A stretch of DNA of 64,000 bases from the NCBI GenBank assembly GCA_965204115.1, contig OZ241963.1, forward strand, positions 233,293 through 297,292, read 5' to 3'. Shown in pieces: positions 19,348 through 28,528 of this stretch. How positions within the stretch are numbered: position 1 is the first letter of the stretch; every line of letters begins with the position of its first letter. The notes under the pieces are model-generated. The model ran no database searches. It was given only the letters and a program-made list of their open reading frames with translations, and was not told the origin of the DNA. The stretch is from Minisyncoccota bacterium (lineage in GTDB: Bacteria > Patescibacteriota > Minisyncoccia > Phycocordibacterales > JABAAK01). The translations under genes were made by a program, and so were the position numbers.

Positions 19348-19433
19348 GCGTCGGTGGCAGAGTGGTCAAATGCAGTGGGCTGTAAACCCGCCGCCTTCGG
19401 GCTTCGCAGGTTCGAATCCTGCCCGGCGCACCA
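19348..19433 (+). tRNA. tRNA-Tyr(GTA)
   Basis: GCGTCGG/CCGGCGC acceptor, CTGTAAA loop, long variable arm, encoded CCA. Confidence 0.95.
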
Positions 19434-19505
19434 GGCAGTTCTGTGGTGTGTACCGAGGATTGTGTATTAGTAAAAATGTGAAGCAGATATGGTATACTTT
19501 TGTTA

Positions 19506-19676
19506 ATGAGTAAAAAGAGGAAAAAAAATAAGGGGTACACCTATGATACGCCCGTTAGCACTCTTGCAAAAGATCATGGTATCAATTTTGATGTTCCACC
19601 TGATACAAAACTTGGTGATTTTTTCAAAGGTACGGAACTTGACGGTCTCGCGCGGTTCTTAAAGTGGAAGATATGA
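19506..19676 (+). CDS. 56-aa small protein (not in the ORF track)
   Basis: MSKKRKKNKGYTYDTPVSTLAKDHGINFDVPPDTKLGDFFKGTELDGLARFLKWKI; TGGTATACT upstream; ATGA overlap with the next gene. Confidence 0.65.
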   Translation: MSKKRKKNKGYTYDTPVSTLAKDHGINFDVPPDTKLGDFFKGTELDGLARFLKWKI

Positions 19677-20197
19677 AGAATTTTGACTTTGTCGACGATC
19701 CTCCGTTGCGGGAGAGAGTTGAAGGGGTGCGGAATGATGTTGCTACACTCGGAGTATTACTGAGGGAGCAAAACAAGCCAGAGGTAAAAAGTTGTCTTAG
19801 GAAAACGATGATTATTTACATTGCATCAATTATAGAAGCACTATTGCTTTGGAAATTGAAAAAAGAAATTGCATCAGACAAGGTGGTCTTGAGTAGTGAA
19901 TGGAAGTATCTTGATCTCAAGAAATTTTATAAAACTGACGAGTTTGAGCTGATTGCCGGTAAACGAAAACAAGAGGTTAAGAAAATTGATGATCTGGATT
20001 TTAACCGCGCGATAGATGTGTGTGAGAAGCATCGAGCCGTGAAGAGTACAAGACTTATTAAAGATTTGCACAAGGTAAGAAAGTTAAGAAATGAGCTGCA
20101 CATTGGTGGCATTGCAGCTATTAGAAAAACATACACGCGGAATGATTTAACATTTGTTTTTGACACCTTGGAAAAAACGATGTTGTCAATGAAATGA
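19673..20197 (+). CDS. HEPN-like hypothetical protein
   Basis: SIIEALL N-terminal helix and LRNELH motif; AT-rich. Confidence 0.6.
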   Translation: MKNFDFVDDPPLRERVEGVRNDVATLGVLLREQNKPEVKSCLRKTMIIYIASIIEALLLWKLKKEIASDKVVLSSEWKYLDLKKFYKTDEFELIAGKRKQEVKKIDDLDFNRAIDVCEKHRAVKSTRLIKDLHKVRKLRNELHIGGIAAIRKTYTRNDLTFVFDTLEKTMLSMK

Positions 20198-20219
20198 TTT
20201 TTATGCTGCGGGTCTGTTC

Positions 20220-22928
20220 CTACGCCAACATCTCTTCGCGTTTCTTTGTTTTTGCTTTCGCTTTTTTGGTGGCGGTGCGTTTTTTGGTGGTGTCAAATTT
20301 GTATTCGCCGTTCTCAATGCAGATGTTGACGCTTGAACCCTTGCCGAGGTTGCCCTCAATGATGGCGTTGGCGAGTGGGTTGAGGAGGTCGGTTTGGACT
20401 TTTCTGCGGAGCGGGCGGGCACCGTATTCGGCGTGATAGCCCTCCTTGCCGATTTTTTCGTAGACCGCGCGGTCAACGGTGATGGTAATTTCTCGTTCGG
20501 CGAGGCGCTGTATTGCCTCGTCTACTACCAACGTTACCACTTTTCTGATACTCGTCTTATCAAGCGGCTTGAAGACGATTATTTCATCCAATCGGTTTAA
20601 AAATTCCGGCCTGAATGATTTTTGCAAAGTTTCCATCACTCTATTTCGAACCTCGTCATACTGTCTTGATCGCTCTTCGGATTTTTTCACCGCCTCTTCA
20701 AACCCAATTTGGTTCATATTGATCAGTTTCTCAGAGCCGACATTAGAGGTGAGAATGACCACCGTGTTTTTAAAGTTTACCACCCGCCCCTTACTGTCGG
20801 TGAGGCGGCCGTCATCCAGCACCTGCAGCAGCACATTGAACACATCAGGGTGCGCTTTCTCCACTTCGTCAAACAATACGATGGAGTACGGTCGGTGGCG
20901 AACTGCCTCGGTCAATTTCCCCGCTTCTTCATAGCCGACATAGCCGGGAGGCGCGCCGAGTATTTTAGACACCGTGTGTCGCTCCATATATTCAGACATA
21001 TCAAGTCGTATTAATGCCCTTTCGTCATCAAATAGATACTGCGCGAGTTGCTTTGTCAGCTCGGTTTTTCCGACCCCGGTCGGACCGAGAAACAGGAATG
21101 AGCCGACCGGTCGGTTTGGGTTTGCTATGCCGGCGCGTGACCGCTTAATTGCCGCGGCGATTTTTTCTATAGATTCATCCTGTCCGATAATACGCTTTTT
21201 TAATTCTGCTTCCATTCTGGTCAATTTTTTCGCCTCGCTCTCAAGCATTTTTGTCGCCGGAACGCCTGTCCACCGCGCGATCACATGCGCGATGTCTTCT
21301 TCGGTCACCTCTTCCCGCAGTATCTTTCTGTTCTTTTGTAATCGCTTCAGTCGTGCTTGTGCCCGCTTAAACTTGCTCTCAATCTGCGGAATGTCCTTGT
21401 ACCGAATTTCTGCTGCCTGGGTAAAGTCGGCCTTACTCTCTGCCTCTTCGCCGGCATAGCGTTTCTGCTCAAGGTCGGACTGCATCTCCTTAATCTGCTC
21501 GATGGTTTCTTTCTCATTCTTCCAACGCACTTCCAACTCCCTGCTTTCCTCCTTTACATCGGCGATTTCTTTTTCCAGCTGCTTCATTCGCTCTTTGGAA
21601 CCTTCATCCTTTGTTGCTTCGTGGTCTTTTTTCACCGCCTCCATCTCAATCTCCAGCTGCATAATTTTGCGATGCGCCGAATCCAGTTCAGGCGGCTTGT
21701 TCTCAAGCGACACCCGTATCAGGGAAGCCGCTTCGTCCACCAAGTCAATCGCCTTGTCCGGCAAAAATCGTTCAGTGATATATCGACTGCTTAGCTGCGC
21801 TGCCGCCACGATTGCCGCGTCAGTAATGCGTACCCCGTGGTACACCTCGTACCGTTCCCGCAAACCGCGCAGAATAGAAATTGCGTCTTCAACGGACGGT
21901 TCAGATACATACACCGGTTGAAACCGTCGTGTCAGTGCACCGTCTTTTTCAATGTGCCGCTGATACTCTTTTAAGGTGGTTGCGCCGACCATGCGCATTT
22001 GCCCCCGAGCAAGTGCCGGCTTTAGGATATTCGCGGCGTCCATCGTCCCTTCAGCATTTCCGGTGCCGACCAGTGAGTGTATTTCATCCACGAACAGAAT
22101 ATATTTATCCCCTGCGTCTTCCACTTCTTTCATCACTTTTTTCAGACGATCTTCAAACTCTCCCCGAAACTTTGTCCCGGCGAGCATAGACACCACATCC
22201 AAACTGTACAGCTCCTTTGAGCGCATAGATTCCGGCACATCACCGGAGACAATTCGCTGTGCTAACCCCTCACCGATCGCGGTTTTACCGGTTCCCGCCT
22301 CACCGATGAGAATCGGGTTGTTTTTTGTCCTGCGCGATAGTATCTGGATAACCCGCGCGGTTTCCTCATCCCGCCCGATAACCGGGTCCAGTTTATTTTC
22401 CCGCGCCATCTGTGTGAGGTTGCGTCCGTATTTTTCTAAACTTTTTGCTTTTGGGTTCTGCACCTCCTCCTTGCTTTCCTTTCGCAGCTGTACGATTGTT
22501 TCGTGGACTTCTTTGGCGTGCAGTCCGTACCCTTCCAGCAAATTGCGCAGGATACCCGGCTTTTCAAGCACTGCTAAAAATAGGTGTTCAGTTGAGATGT
22601 GCTTTTCTTTCATTGCGCTCGCAATTTTACCTGAATGCTCAAGCACGATGGCAAGCTCCGGTGTCGGGTAGAGCTGCACAATCGGTGACCCCTCTATATC
22701 AAATGATGAAGCGCGGGATTCTAACAGCCCAATCGCCTGGTTGTATAGCGCGTAGGGGTCAATGTTTAATTTTTGCAGCACCGGCTGCACAATACCGTCT
22801 TCCTGCCCGACCAATGCGGTGAATAAATGTACCGGGCTGATATTTTGATGTCCGTTATCAACGGCAAGTTCCTGCGCCATCCGAAAGGCCTCTTTCGCTT
22901 TCGCGGTAAATTGCTGGAACGATGACAT
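20220..22928 (-). CDS. clpB: ATP-dependent chaperone ClpB
   Basis: Two AAA+ modules ([16 protein letters not shown]), coiled-coil middle domain, YGARPL. Confidence 0.95.
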   Translation of the reverse strand: MSSFQQFTAKAKEAFRMAQELAVDNGHQNISPVHLFTALVGQEDGIVQPVLQKLNIDPYALYNQAIGLLESRASSFDIEGSPIVQLYPTPELAIVLEHSGKIASAMKEKHISTEHLFLAVLEKPGILRNLLEGYGLHAKEVHETIVQLRKESKEEVQNPKAKSLEKYGRNLTQMARENKLDPVIGRDEETARVIQILSRRTKNNPILIGEAGTGKTAIGEGLAQRIVSGDVPESMRSKELYSLDVVSMLAGTKFRGEFEDRLKKVMKEVEDAGDKYILFVDEIHSLVGTGNAEGTMDAANILKPALARGQMRMVGATTLKEYQRHIEKDGALTRRFQPVYVSEPSVEDAISILRGLRERYEVYHGVRITDAAIVAAAQLSSRYITERFLPDKAIDLVDEAASLIRVSLENKPPELDSAHRKIMQLEIEMEAVKKDHEATKDEGSKERMKQLEKEIADVKEESRELEVRWKNEKETIEQIKEMQSDLEQKRYAGEEAESKADFTQAAEIRYKDIPQIESKFKRAQARLKRLQKNRKILREEVTEEDIAHVIARWTGVPATKMLESEAKKLTRMEAELKKRIIGQDESIEKIAAAIKRSRAGIANPNRPVGSFLFLGPTGVGKTELTKQLAQYLFDDERALIRLDMSEYMERHTVSKILGAPPGYVGYEEAGKLTEAVRHRPYSIVLFDEVEKAHPDVFNVLLQVLDDGRLTDSKGRVVNFKNTVVILTSNVGSEKLINMNQIGFEEAVKKSEERSRQYDEVRNRVMETLQKSFRPEFLNRLDEIIVFKPLDKTSIRKVVTLVVDEAIQRLAEREITITVDRAVYEKIGKEGYHAEYGARPLRRKVQTDLLNPLANAIIEGNLGKGSSVNICIENGEYKFDTTKKRTATKKAKAKTKKREEMLA

Positions 22929-22985
22929 ATATGGATATGGTAGCACACCCTTTCGGCGGTTTCAACCACTTTACACTCCCCTGAT

Positions 22986-23852
22986 TTATGGCGCTATCGG
23001 AGGTGTTGCCACAGGGATAGCTTCCGTTGCTGTTTCGATATTTGTTTTCGTCTCTTTGCCCTGTATTGCCTGTATCGCCTCGGTAATGAAAACACTACCG
23101 GGCAGCCGTACCCAATCCGAATACGGTCGCGCAAATCCGACAAAAGTATTTTCAACGAACACAACTGATATATCGGTAATGTCTGATGCGTTGACTGAAA
23201 TGCGGAACGACTCAACCTCACCTGCTGCTGTTTCCCGCTGCGAGATAACGCCCGTGTGCAGTCGCGCATTGTTCCCTGATCCACTGAATACCACCACCGC
23301 CTGTCCGAGCAGCACTTCCGCACTGCGCTCCAACGGCACATAGTGCTGCACGGTATGCGCTTCGGCTTCCACCGGTGCCAGCAGTGAATACTCTTTCCCG
23401 CTGTGCAGTGTTGAGAAGAACATCGGATTCCCCGTCTCATCAAGCACGCTGTATCGTCGCTGCGCATCCAGCACCTCTGCCGCGAGGATATGTCCGTCCG
23501 CTGAGACATACATGCCCTCGGCAAATGGCTGCGAGCCAAAGTAGAGCTGCACCAATGACTGCTCAATCATTTCTAAGGTAAGCGCAGTATCCACTGCGCT
23601 TGACACTTCCCGCACACTTGTGATAATGGACTCTGGCGATGAGAATGTCGGCTCCCGCTCAATAATTCGGTTGATGGTCTGCCGAATCACCGTCGGCTGC
23701 GCCTCCGCTTCGCCACCCACCTCCAGTGCCAGCCGCTCATACACCACCGACAGTGTCGCCACTGCCGTCGCCGCAGACACCACCAGCGAAATCAATAGCA
23801 CCAACAGTACCAATTGCGAATTACTTATCTTGTCTACATGGATGTCGCTCAT
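22986..23852 (-). CDS. membrane-anchored degenerate trypsin-like (HtrA-related) protein
   Basis: N-terminal TM, GMYVSADGHIL and LGQAVV...GVIS patterns; catalytic triad not evident. Confidence 0.55.
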   Translation of the reverse strand: MSDIHVDKISNSQLVLLVLLISLVVSAATAVATLSVVYERLALEVGGEAEAQPTVIRQTINRIIEREPTFSSPESIITSVREVSSAVDTALTLEMIEQSLVQLYFGSQPFAEGMYVSADGHILAAEVLDAQRRYSVLDETGNPMFFSTLHSGKEYSLLAPVEAEAHTVQHYVPLERSAEVLLGQAVVVFSGSGNNARLHTGVISQRETAAGEVESFRISVNASDITDISVVFVENTFVGFARPYSDWVRLPGSVFITEAIQAIQGKETKTNIETATEAIPVATPPIAP

Positions 23853-23904
23853 ATAGTGGTAGTATATCGTATACATATGGCAAGGTAGTTCCTTGTTTGT
23901 TTAT

Positions 23905-23940
23905 AAAAAGTAGCGGGGCAGGTGCTTCGCACCTGCCCGC
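23905..23940 (-). terminator. intrinsic terminator after the lytic transglycosylase gene
   Basis: GGGCAGGTGC/GCACCTGCCC stem followed by a T-run on the minus strand. Confidence 0.7.
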
Positions 23941-23968
23941 CAAGAATGTCCATTATTGTTTTACCTCA

Positions 23969-25150
23969 TCAACTATCCATCTTCCACCCATATGTCTTAT
24001 AGTAGGCGCGCATTCTCGCCTGCGCCCAGACGAAGTATGAGTAGAAGCGCTTGGTGTACCCTTTCCCTAGACCACTAAAGGCGTTTTTGGGTCCGGCGAA
24101 GTATGCACCGGTCGCATACTTCGGTCGGTTGACTATGCCGCTCTCTTTCATTATGAGAGCACCGGCTGTCAAGGACACAACCGGATCCCAAGGGTTGTGA
24201 GGTCCGGGTACTCCGAGGGTCTTTGCGATTTGATCTCTTCCTGGATGGTAGGTCAGTTTATATCCCCCTTGAACCGTAAAGAGGGTCTTCACAAACCCTG
24301 CGTCCCTAATGCGGCTTGCCAGGTCTTTTGGCATGTGTTTCCTTTTTATCGTCTTTCGAAAGTACTTCACCAGCCACCTGTTGGTGTTCGGACCAGGCAT
24401 CCCATCAACCGCCACCACCTTGCGCTTGAAGTATCGATTCAGTTTCCTCTGAATATAAACCAAATCTTTACCTTTCGCGTCATAGGACTTATGGCAGTTG
24501 GAAAATATCTTCTTGAACTTAAGTTCCCAACCACCCAGCCGAATATGGTTCGACGGAAGCACTTGTGCGCCACCAGAAGCGGACCCGTACCCACTTCCGG
24601 CGCTTTTTGAGGACTTTACTTCAGATGCGTTGTGCCCGAAGTGGTCTGCTAACGCATACGATGCGACACCGTCTCTATTGACGTGCGCATCCGCCAGTCC
24701 TTTTCCGGGTCTCCCGATATTCCTGAACATCTTACTCTCTTCTGAGAGCAGGCACATCAAGTATTCGGAAGGCACTCCGGTCTTACTGGCGACGAAGGCC
24801 ACCAAGTCCTCAATGGCGTACCAATCCATCTCCAGAATGTTCTTCACATTTCGGTACTGAATTGGCAGCACCTTGAAGATGTCACCCTCGCCCCACTTCT
24901 TGGGGTATGGCGTCGGCAGCAGGCCACCCTTCTTTCCCTTTTTCCCATTTACCGTTATGGTAGGTAGAGTGAAGGAGTGGGTGACCCGCTTGGTGGTCAC
25001 AGCCTGGTACCTCCTCTCCACATTAACAACCCTATACTTCGGCTGCCGTGTGAAGATTTCTTCCAAGAGGCCTGGGTTGGTTCCTTGGGTCAAGAGCCCT
25101 ATCCCAACCAGCATCATACATAGGGTGAAAAAAAATTTCAAAATTTTCAT
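23969..25150 (-). CDS. lytic murein transglycosylase-like protein with inserted peptidoglycan-binding motif
   Basis: LSEESK catalytic Glu, GGAQVLPSN, NPWDP, GAYFAG; VDGMPGPNT PG-binding motif; signal anchor. Confidence 0.7.
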   Translation of the reverse strand: MKILKFFFTLCMMLVGIGLLTQGTNPGLLEEIFTRQPKYRVVNVERRYQAVTTKRVTHSFTLPTITVNGKKGKKGGLLPTPYPKKWGEGDIFKVLPIQYRNVKNILEMDWYAIEDLVAFVASKTGVPSEYLMCLLSEESKMFRNIGRPGKGLADAHVNRDGVASYALADHFGHNASEVKSSKSAGSGYGSASGGAQVLPSNHIRLGGWELKFKKIFSNCHKSYDAKGKDLVYIQRKLNRYFKRKVVAVDGMPGPNTNRWLVKYFRKTIKRKHMPKDLASRIRDAGFVKTLFTVQGGYKLTYHPGRDQIAKTLGVPGPHNPWDPVVSLTAGALIMKESGIVNRPKYATGAYFAGPKNAFSGLGKGYTKRFYSYFVWAQARMRAYYKTYGWKMDS

Positions 25151-25217
25151 GGGGCAGAGCCCTCCTTTCCCCTTTCGAGGTTAGATTTTTTTAAGAATTA
25201 CGAAAAAATACAAGTAT

Positions 25218-25246
25218 ATTATAGCGAAAATTTGCTTAAATGTCAA
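25218..25246 (-). promoter_or_regulatory. consensus sigma70 promoter
   Basis: TTGACA-17 nt-TATAAT on the minus strand. Confidence 0.85.
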
Positions 25247-25367
25247 CCTTATTGCTCAAAAAACTCTTGTAAAATAAGGGTTTATTCTGGTGAGATCCTT
25301 ATATTCACCAAAATACCCCAAAAATCCCCCTATTTCGCTATATGTTGGTATACTGGTTATATTGCCT

Positions 25368-26861
25368 ATGACACAAACCAGGCCCCCAATTATTGCCGTA
25401 GTGGGTCATATAGACCACGGTAAATCAACCCTCCAACACGCCCTTCGCAAGGCGGATAGTGAGTTGTCTGAAGCAGGTGATATCACCCAGCATATCGGGG
25501 CGTATGAGCTCCACGCCCAGTACGAGGGAGCGGAGCGCAGAGCGACTATTATAGACACCCCCGGACACGAGGCGTTTTCCATGGTGCGGGAGCACGGACT
25601 TGATCTTGCCGATATTGCCCTCCTCGTCGTCTCCGCGGAAGAGGGCTGGAAAGAGCAGACCGCAGAGGCGTATAAAACGATACAGGAGAAGCAGCTGCCA
25701 CATATCATCGTCTTCACCATGCTTGATAAACCACAGGCGAATATAGAGCGGGCAAAACAAACCGTTATGCAGGAAGGAATACTCCTTGAGGGACTCGGCG
25801 GCTCGGTGCCGTGGATTGGTGTCTCATCAGTCACCGGCGAAGGCATCAGTGATTTGATAGAACTCATATTCCTCACGACTGATGTGTATGAAATCATAGA
25901 AGACCGCAAAGACGGCTCGGTCGGCATTCTTGTGGAGGCAGTGGTTGACCCGAAAATCGGCATTACCGGTGCGGTCATTGTGCTGCAAGGCGTGCTGGAG
26001 CAGAGCAAGTATGTTCGTGTCGGCGACACTATCGCCCCGCTGCGCATTATGAAAGACGACCGAGGTAAAACTGTTTCAGAGGCACGACCATCTATGCCGG
26101 TGCAGGTTGCCGGATTCAGTGCTATCCCACCGGTCGGCAGCCCGGTGTTCCTGCATGACACAAAAAAAGAGGCAGCGGAAGCAGCGATAGAGCAGCGGTC
26201 GCTCGGCAGCCAAAATCAAAACAGAGTGGCAGACAGCGCAGAAAAAATTGTCATCCCCCTTGTCCTGCGCTCAGACACTGCGTCCGGGCTCTCTTCCATA
26301 CAGCAGGCGATTGATGCCGTCACCTCTGACGGCGTGCAGTTCACCGTCATCAAAAGCAGTGTCGGCGACATCACCGAAGAAGATGTTCGTCTTGCCCTTG
26401 CCCAAAACGGCGGGCAGGTACTCGGCTTTCACACCAATGCCGATCAGCGGGCAAAGCAGCTCGCTGAACGCAGCGCTATCAGTTTGCATCTCTTCCCCAC
26501 CATCTACGAGGTGACCAAATGGGCAACCGCGCTCTCCACGCAGCAGCGAGAAGCACATGAGATGCAAAACCCAACCGGCACCGCAGAAATTATCCGTATT
26601 TTTGAAGAGCAGCCCACACAGCATATCCGCATTGTCGGTGCGCAGATACAGGATGGCTCTTTTGCCGTGGAACAGATTATTGCCATTATCAGAAACAAAC
26701 AAACCGTCGGGCGGTTTGCCATTGAATCCATTGAACAGCGAAACAGTACCCAGGAAACCGCGTCTGGTGAAAAAACACAGTTCGCGATGCGTGTTCGTGG
26801 TGATGGTGAGATAAAGACCGGTGACACTGCGCTTGCGCTGCCAAAAACACCAACGCTATAA
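25368..26861 (+). CDS. infB: translation initiation factor IF-2 (short form)
   Basis: RPPIIAVVGHIDHGKST, GDITQHIGAY, DTPGHEAF; adjacent to rbfA. Confidence 0.92.
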   Translation: MTQTRPPIIAVVGHIDHGKSTLQHALRKADSELSEAGDITQHIGAYELHAQYEGAERRATIIDTPGHEAFSMVREHGLDLADIALLVVSAEEGWKEQTAEAYKTIQEKQLPHIIVFTMLDKPQANIERAKQTVMQEGILLEGLGGSVPWIGVSSVTGEGISDLIELIFLTTDVYEIIEDRKDGSVGILVEAVVDPKIGITGAVIVLQGVLEQSKYVRVGDTIAPLRIMKDDRGKTVSEARPSMPVQVAGFSAIPPVGSPVFLHDTKKEAAEAAIEQRSLGSQNQNRVADSAEKIVIPLVLRSDTASGLSSIQQAIDAVTSDGVQFTVIKSSVGDITEEDVRLALAQNGGQVLGFHTNADQRAKQLAERSAISLHLFPTIYEVTKWATALSTQQREAHEMQNPTGTAEIIRIFEEQPTQHIRIVGAQIQDGSFAVEQIIAIIRNKQTVGRFAIESIEQRNSTQETASGEKTQFAMRVRGDGEIKTGDTALALPKTPTL

Positions 26862-26867
26862 CCGCTT

Positions 26868-27164
26868 ATGCAAAAGAACCCATTTCGCACCGGTAGAGCA
26901 CACACCATACTGCATCAGGCAATTGCCCAGTTCCTCAAAGAAAACGCCAATACTGAGCCGTTCATCACCATATCTTATATTGATCTTAATAAAGCAGGGA
27001 CTACCGTCACGGCCTGTTGTTCTGTCTTCCCGAAAGAGCAGCAGGAACAGGCACTTACTTTCCTCAAACGCAAAGAATCCCACTGCCGCGTGTACCTCAA
27101 AAAACACACCGCGCTTCGCGTAGTCCCCACCGTCCGCTTCACTCTCGCGAAAGAAGTTTATTGA
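26868..27164 (+). CDS. rbfA: ribosome-binding factor A
   Basis: Follows infB; LRVVPTVRF C-terminal motif. Confidence 0.8.
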   Translation: MQKNPFRTGRAHTILHQAIAQFLKENANTEPFITISYIDLNKAGTTVTACCSVFPKEQQEQALTFLKRKESHCRVYLKKHTALRVVPTVRFTLAKEVY

Positions 27165-27189
27165 CATATACTACCGAATATGGCATACT
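27161..27189 (+). promoter_or_regulatory. sigma70 promoter
   Basis: TTGACA-17 nt-CATACT with TG extension. Confidence 0.7.
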
Positions 27190-27226
27190 CTGCTTGCGCT
27201 GGAGAAGCGCGAAGGAGGGATACATT

Positions 27227-27343
27227 TTGGAAACGCTGATTCTGTCAATGTGTGCCTTTTTGATGGTCGTCGCAGGTGTCGCCACGCCAAGGTTGGTGGC
27301 TTGGCTGGTGAATAGGCCGATCACTGACATTAGCAAACAGTAA
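27227..27343 (+). CDS. 38-aa single-TM small protein
   Basis: TTG start 8 nt after AAGGAGG; own promoter and terminator. Confidence 0.6.
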   Translation: METLILSMCAFLMVVAGVATPRLVAWLVNRPITDISKQ

Positions 27344-27358
27344 ATCCCCAAGCATTAT

Positions 27359-27396
27359 AATCCGCATGCCTCACAACGGCGTGCGGATTTTCTTTT
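27359..27396 (+). terminator. intrinsic terminator
   Basis: AATCCGCATGCC/GGCGTGCGGATT stem plus TTCTTTT. Confidence 0.75.
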
Positions 27397-27453
27397 CCTT
27401 GATTCGCACTGTCTTACCCTTTCTGTTTTGTGTGGCAGAATATCAATAACCCA

Positions 27454-27525
27454 GGCGTGGTAGCCAAGTGGTAAGGCAGGGGTTTGCAAAACCTCTATAC
27501 GCGGGTTCGATTCCCGCCCACGCCT
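27454..27525 (+). tRNA. tRNA-Cys(GCA)
   Basis: GGCGTGG/CCACGCC acceptor, TTGCAAA loop, T-arm. Confidence 0.95.
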
Positions 27526-27592
27526 CTTTATAATAGCGATATCTGCTATACTGGTGTAGGATTAATCTCTCTAGAAAAGGAGGAATATTCTG

Positions 27593-27901
27593 ATGAAGCG
27601 TTTGATTTCATTTTTTGCTGTGACCGCACTCCTCATCACGATAGGGTGTGCCGGTACTTCTTCACTCTGGTCAACAGCGCAGATGCATGGGCAGAACCGT
27701 GTTTTCTCCGTTAATATCGGCGGAAAAATGCAGCGGGCTGTCTGGACCTCTGCTGTGGGTCATCCGGAGCAGGTTGCGCGGCACCGTGCGCATCAGCAAG
27801 GGCTTCGCCTGCTGGGCAGCAATGCGTATGATGTGGATGTCAAAGTCACCCACAGGAGTGACGGACAATGCCGTGTTGATATGCTAATGACCGTGCCGTA
27901 A
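27593..27901 (+). CDS. putative lipoprotein
   Basis: AAGGAGG SD, signal peptide ending ITIGC. Confidence 0.7.
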   Translation: MKRLISFFAVTALLITIGCAGTSSLWSTAQMHGQNRVFSVNIGGKMQRAVWTSAVGHPEQVARHRAHQQGLRLLGSNAYDVDVKVTHRSDGQCRVDMLMTVP

Positions 27902-27921
27902 AATTTCTTATTGAATGAGTT

Positions 27922-27954
27922 AAGCGAGGTGTGTAACAGCACCTCGCTTTTTTT
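27922..27954 (+). terminator. intrinsic terminator
   Basis: AAGCGAGGTG/CACCTCGCTT plus T-run. Confidence 0.75.
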
Positions 27955-27964
27955 GTGCTTTATG

Positions 27965-28047
27965 TGCCGGAGGTGGGACTTGAACCCACATATCTTGCGA
28001 TACACGATTTTAAGTCGTGCGCGTATACCAAATTCCGCCACTCCGGC
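27965..28047 (-). tRNA. tRNA-Leu(TAA)
   Basis: Minus strand GCCGGAG...CACGA-CTTAAAA-TCGTG...CTCCGGCA with long variable arm. Confidence 0.93.
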
Positions 28048-28118
28048 TCTTGCTCAGTATAGCAAATGTACAGAGATTTTAAACAGTTTTTACGGTATAC
28101 TGGAGGTGCCTGCTCACT

Positions 28119-28191
28119 CCGCCCATAGCTCAGTTGGTAGAGCAACCGGCTCTTAACCGGTAGGTCCTAGGTTCGAGCCCTAGTGGGCGGA
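28119..28191 (+). tRNA. tRNA-Lys(CTT)
   Basis: CCGCCCA/TGGGCGG acceptor, ACCGG-CTCTTAA-CCGGT. Confidence 0.95.
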
Positions 28192-28195
28192 CATC

Positions 28196-28279
28196 GCCGA
28201 GGTGGCGGAATTGGTAGACGCACTGGTCTTAGGAACCAGCGGGGTAAAACCCATGGAGGTTCAAGTCCTCTCCTCGGCA
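28196..28279 (+). tRNA. tRNA-Leu(TAG)
   Basis: GCCGAGG/CCTCGGC acceptor, CTGGT-CTTAGGA-ACCAG. Confidence 0.95.
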
Positions 28280-28342
28280 CAAACAATTCCGCCACCTCGG
28301 TGGCGACTAGTTAGTCAGCACCAATCGGAGATTGGCGGCACG

Positions 28343-28410
28343 GGTAGACGCACTGGTCTTAGGAACCAGCGGGGTAAAACCCATGGAGGTTCAAGTCCTC
28401 TCCTCGGCAC
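28343..28410 (+). pseudogene. 5'-truncated duplicate of tRNA-Leu(TAG)
   Basis: 68 bp identical to 28213-28280 (offset 130); the 5' acceptor strand is missing. Confidence 0.85.
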
Positions 28411-28528
28411 CTTGCGTTTCGCTATGTGTTGTGTTTGATGTCTTGTATTAAAAACAAAATTGGGTTCCGTTTCCTGCTATACCGTATATGGTAAAGAGAA
28501 AACGAAACCCAATTGTAATGATCAAGTG

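Noticed and set aside
28325-28410. Second functional tRNA-Leu(TAG)
   Set aside because: The 5' acceptor strand cannot pair properly with CCTCGGC; treated as a truncated duplicate.
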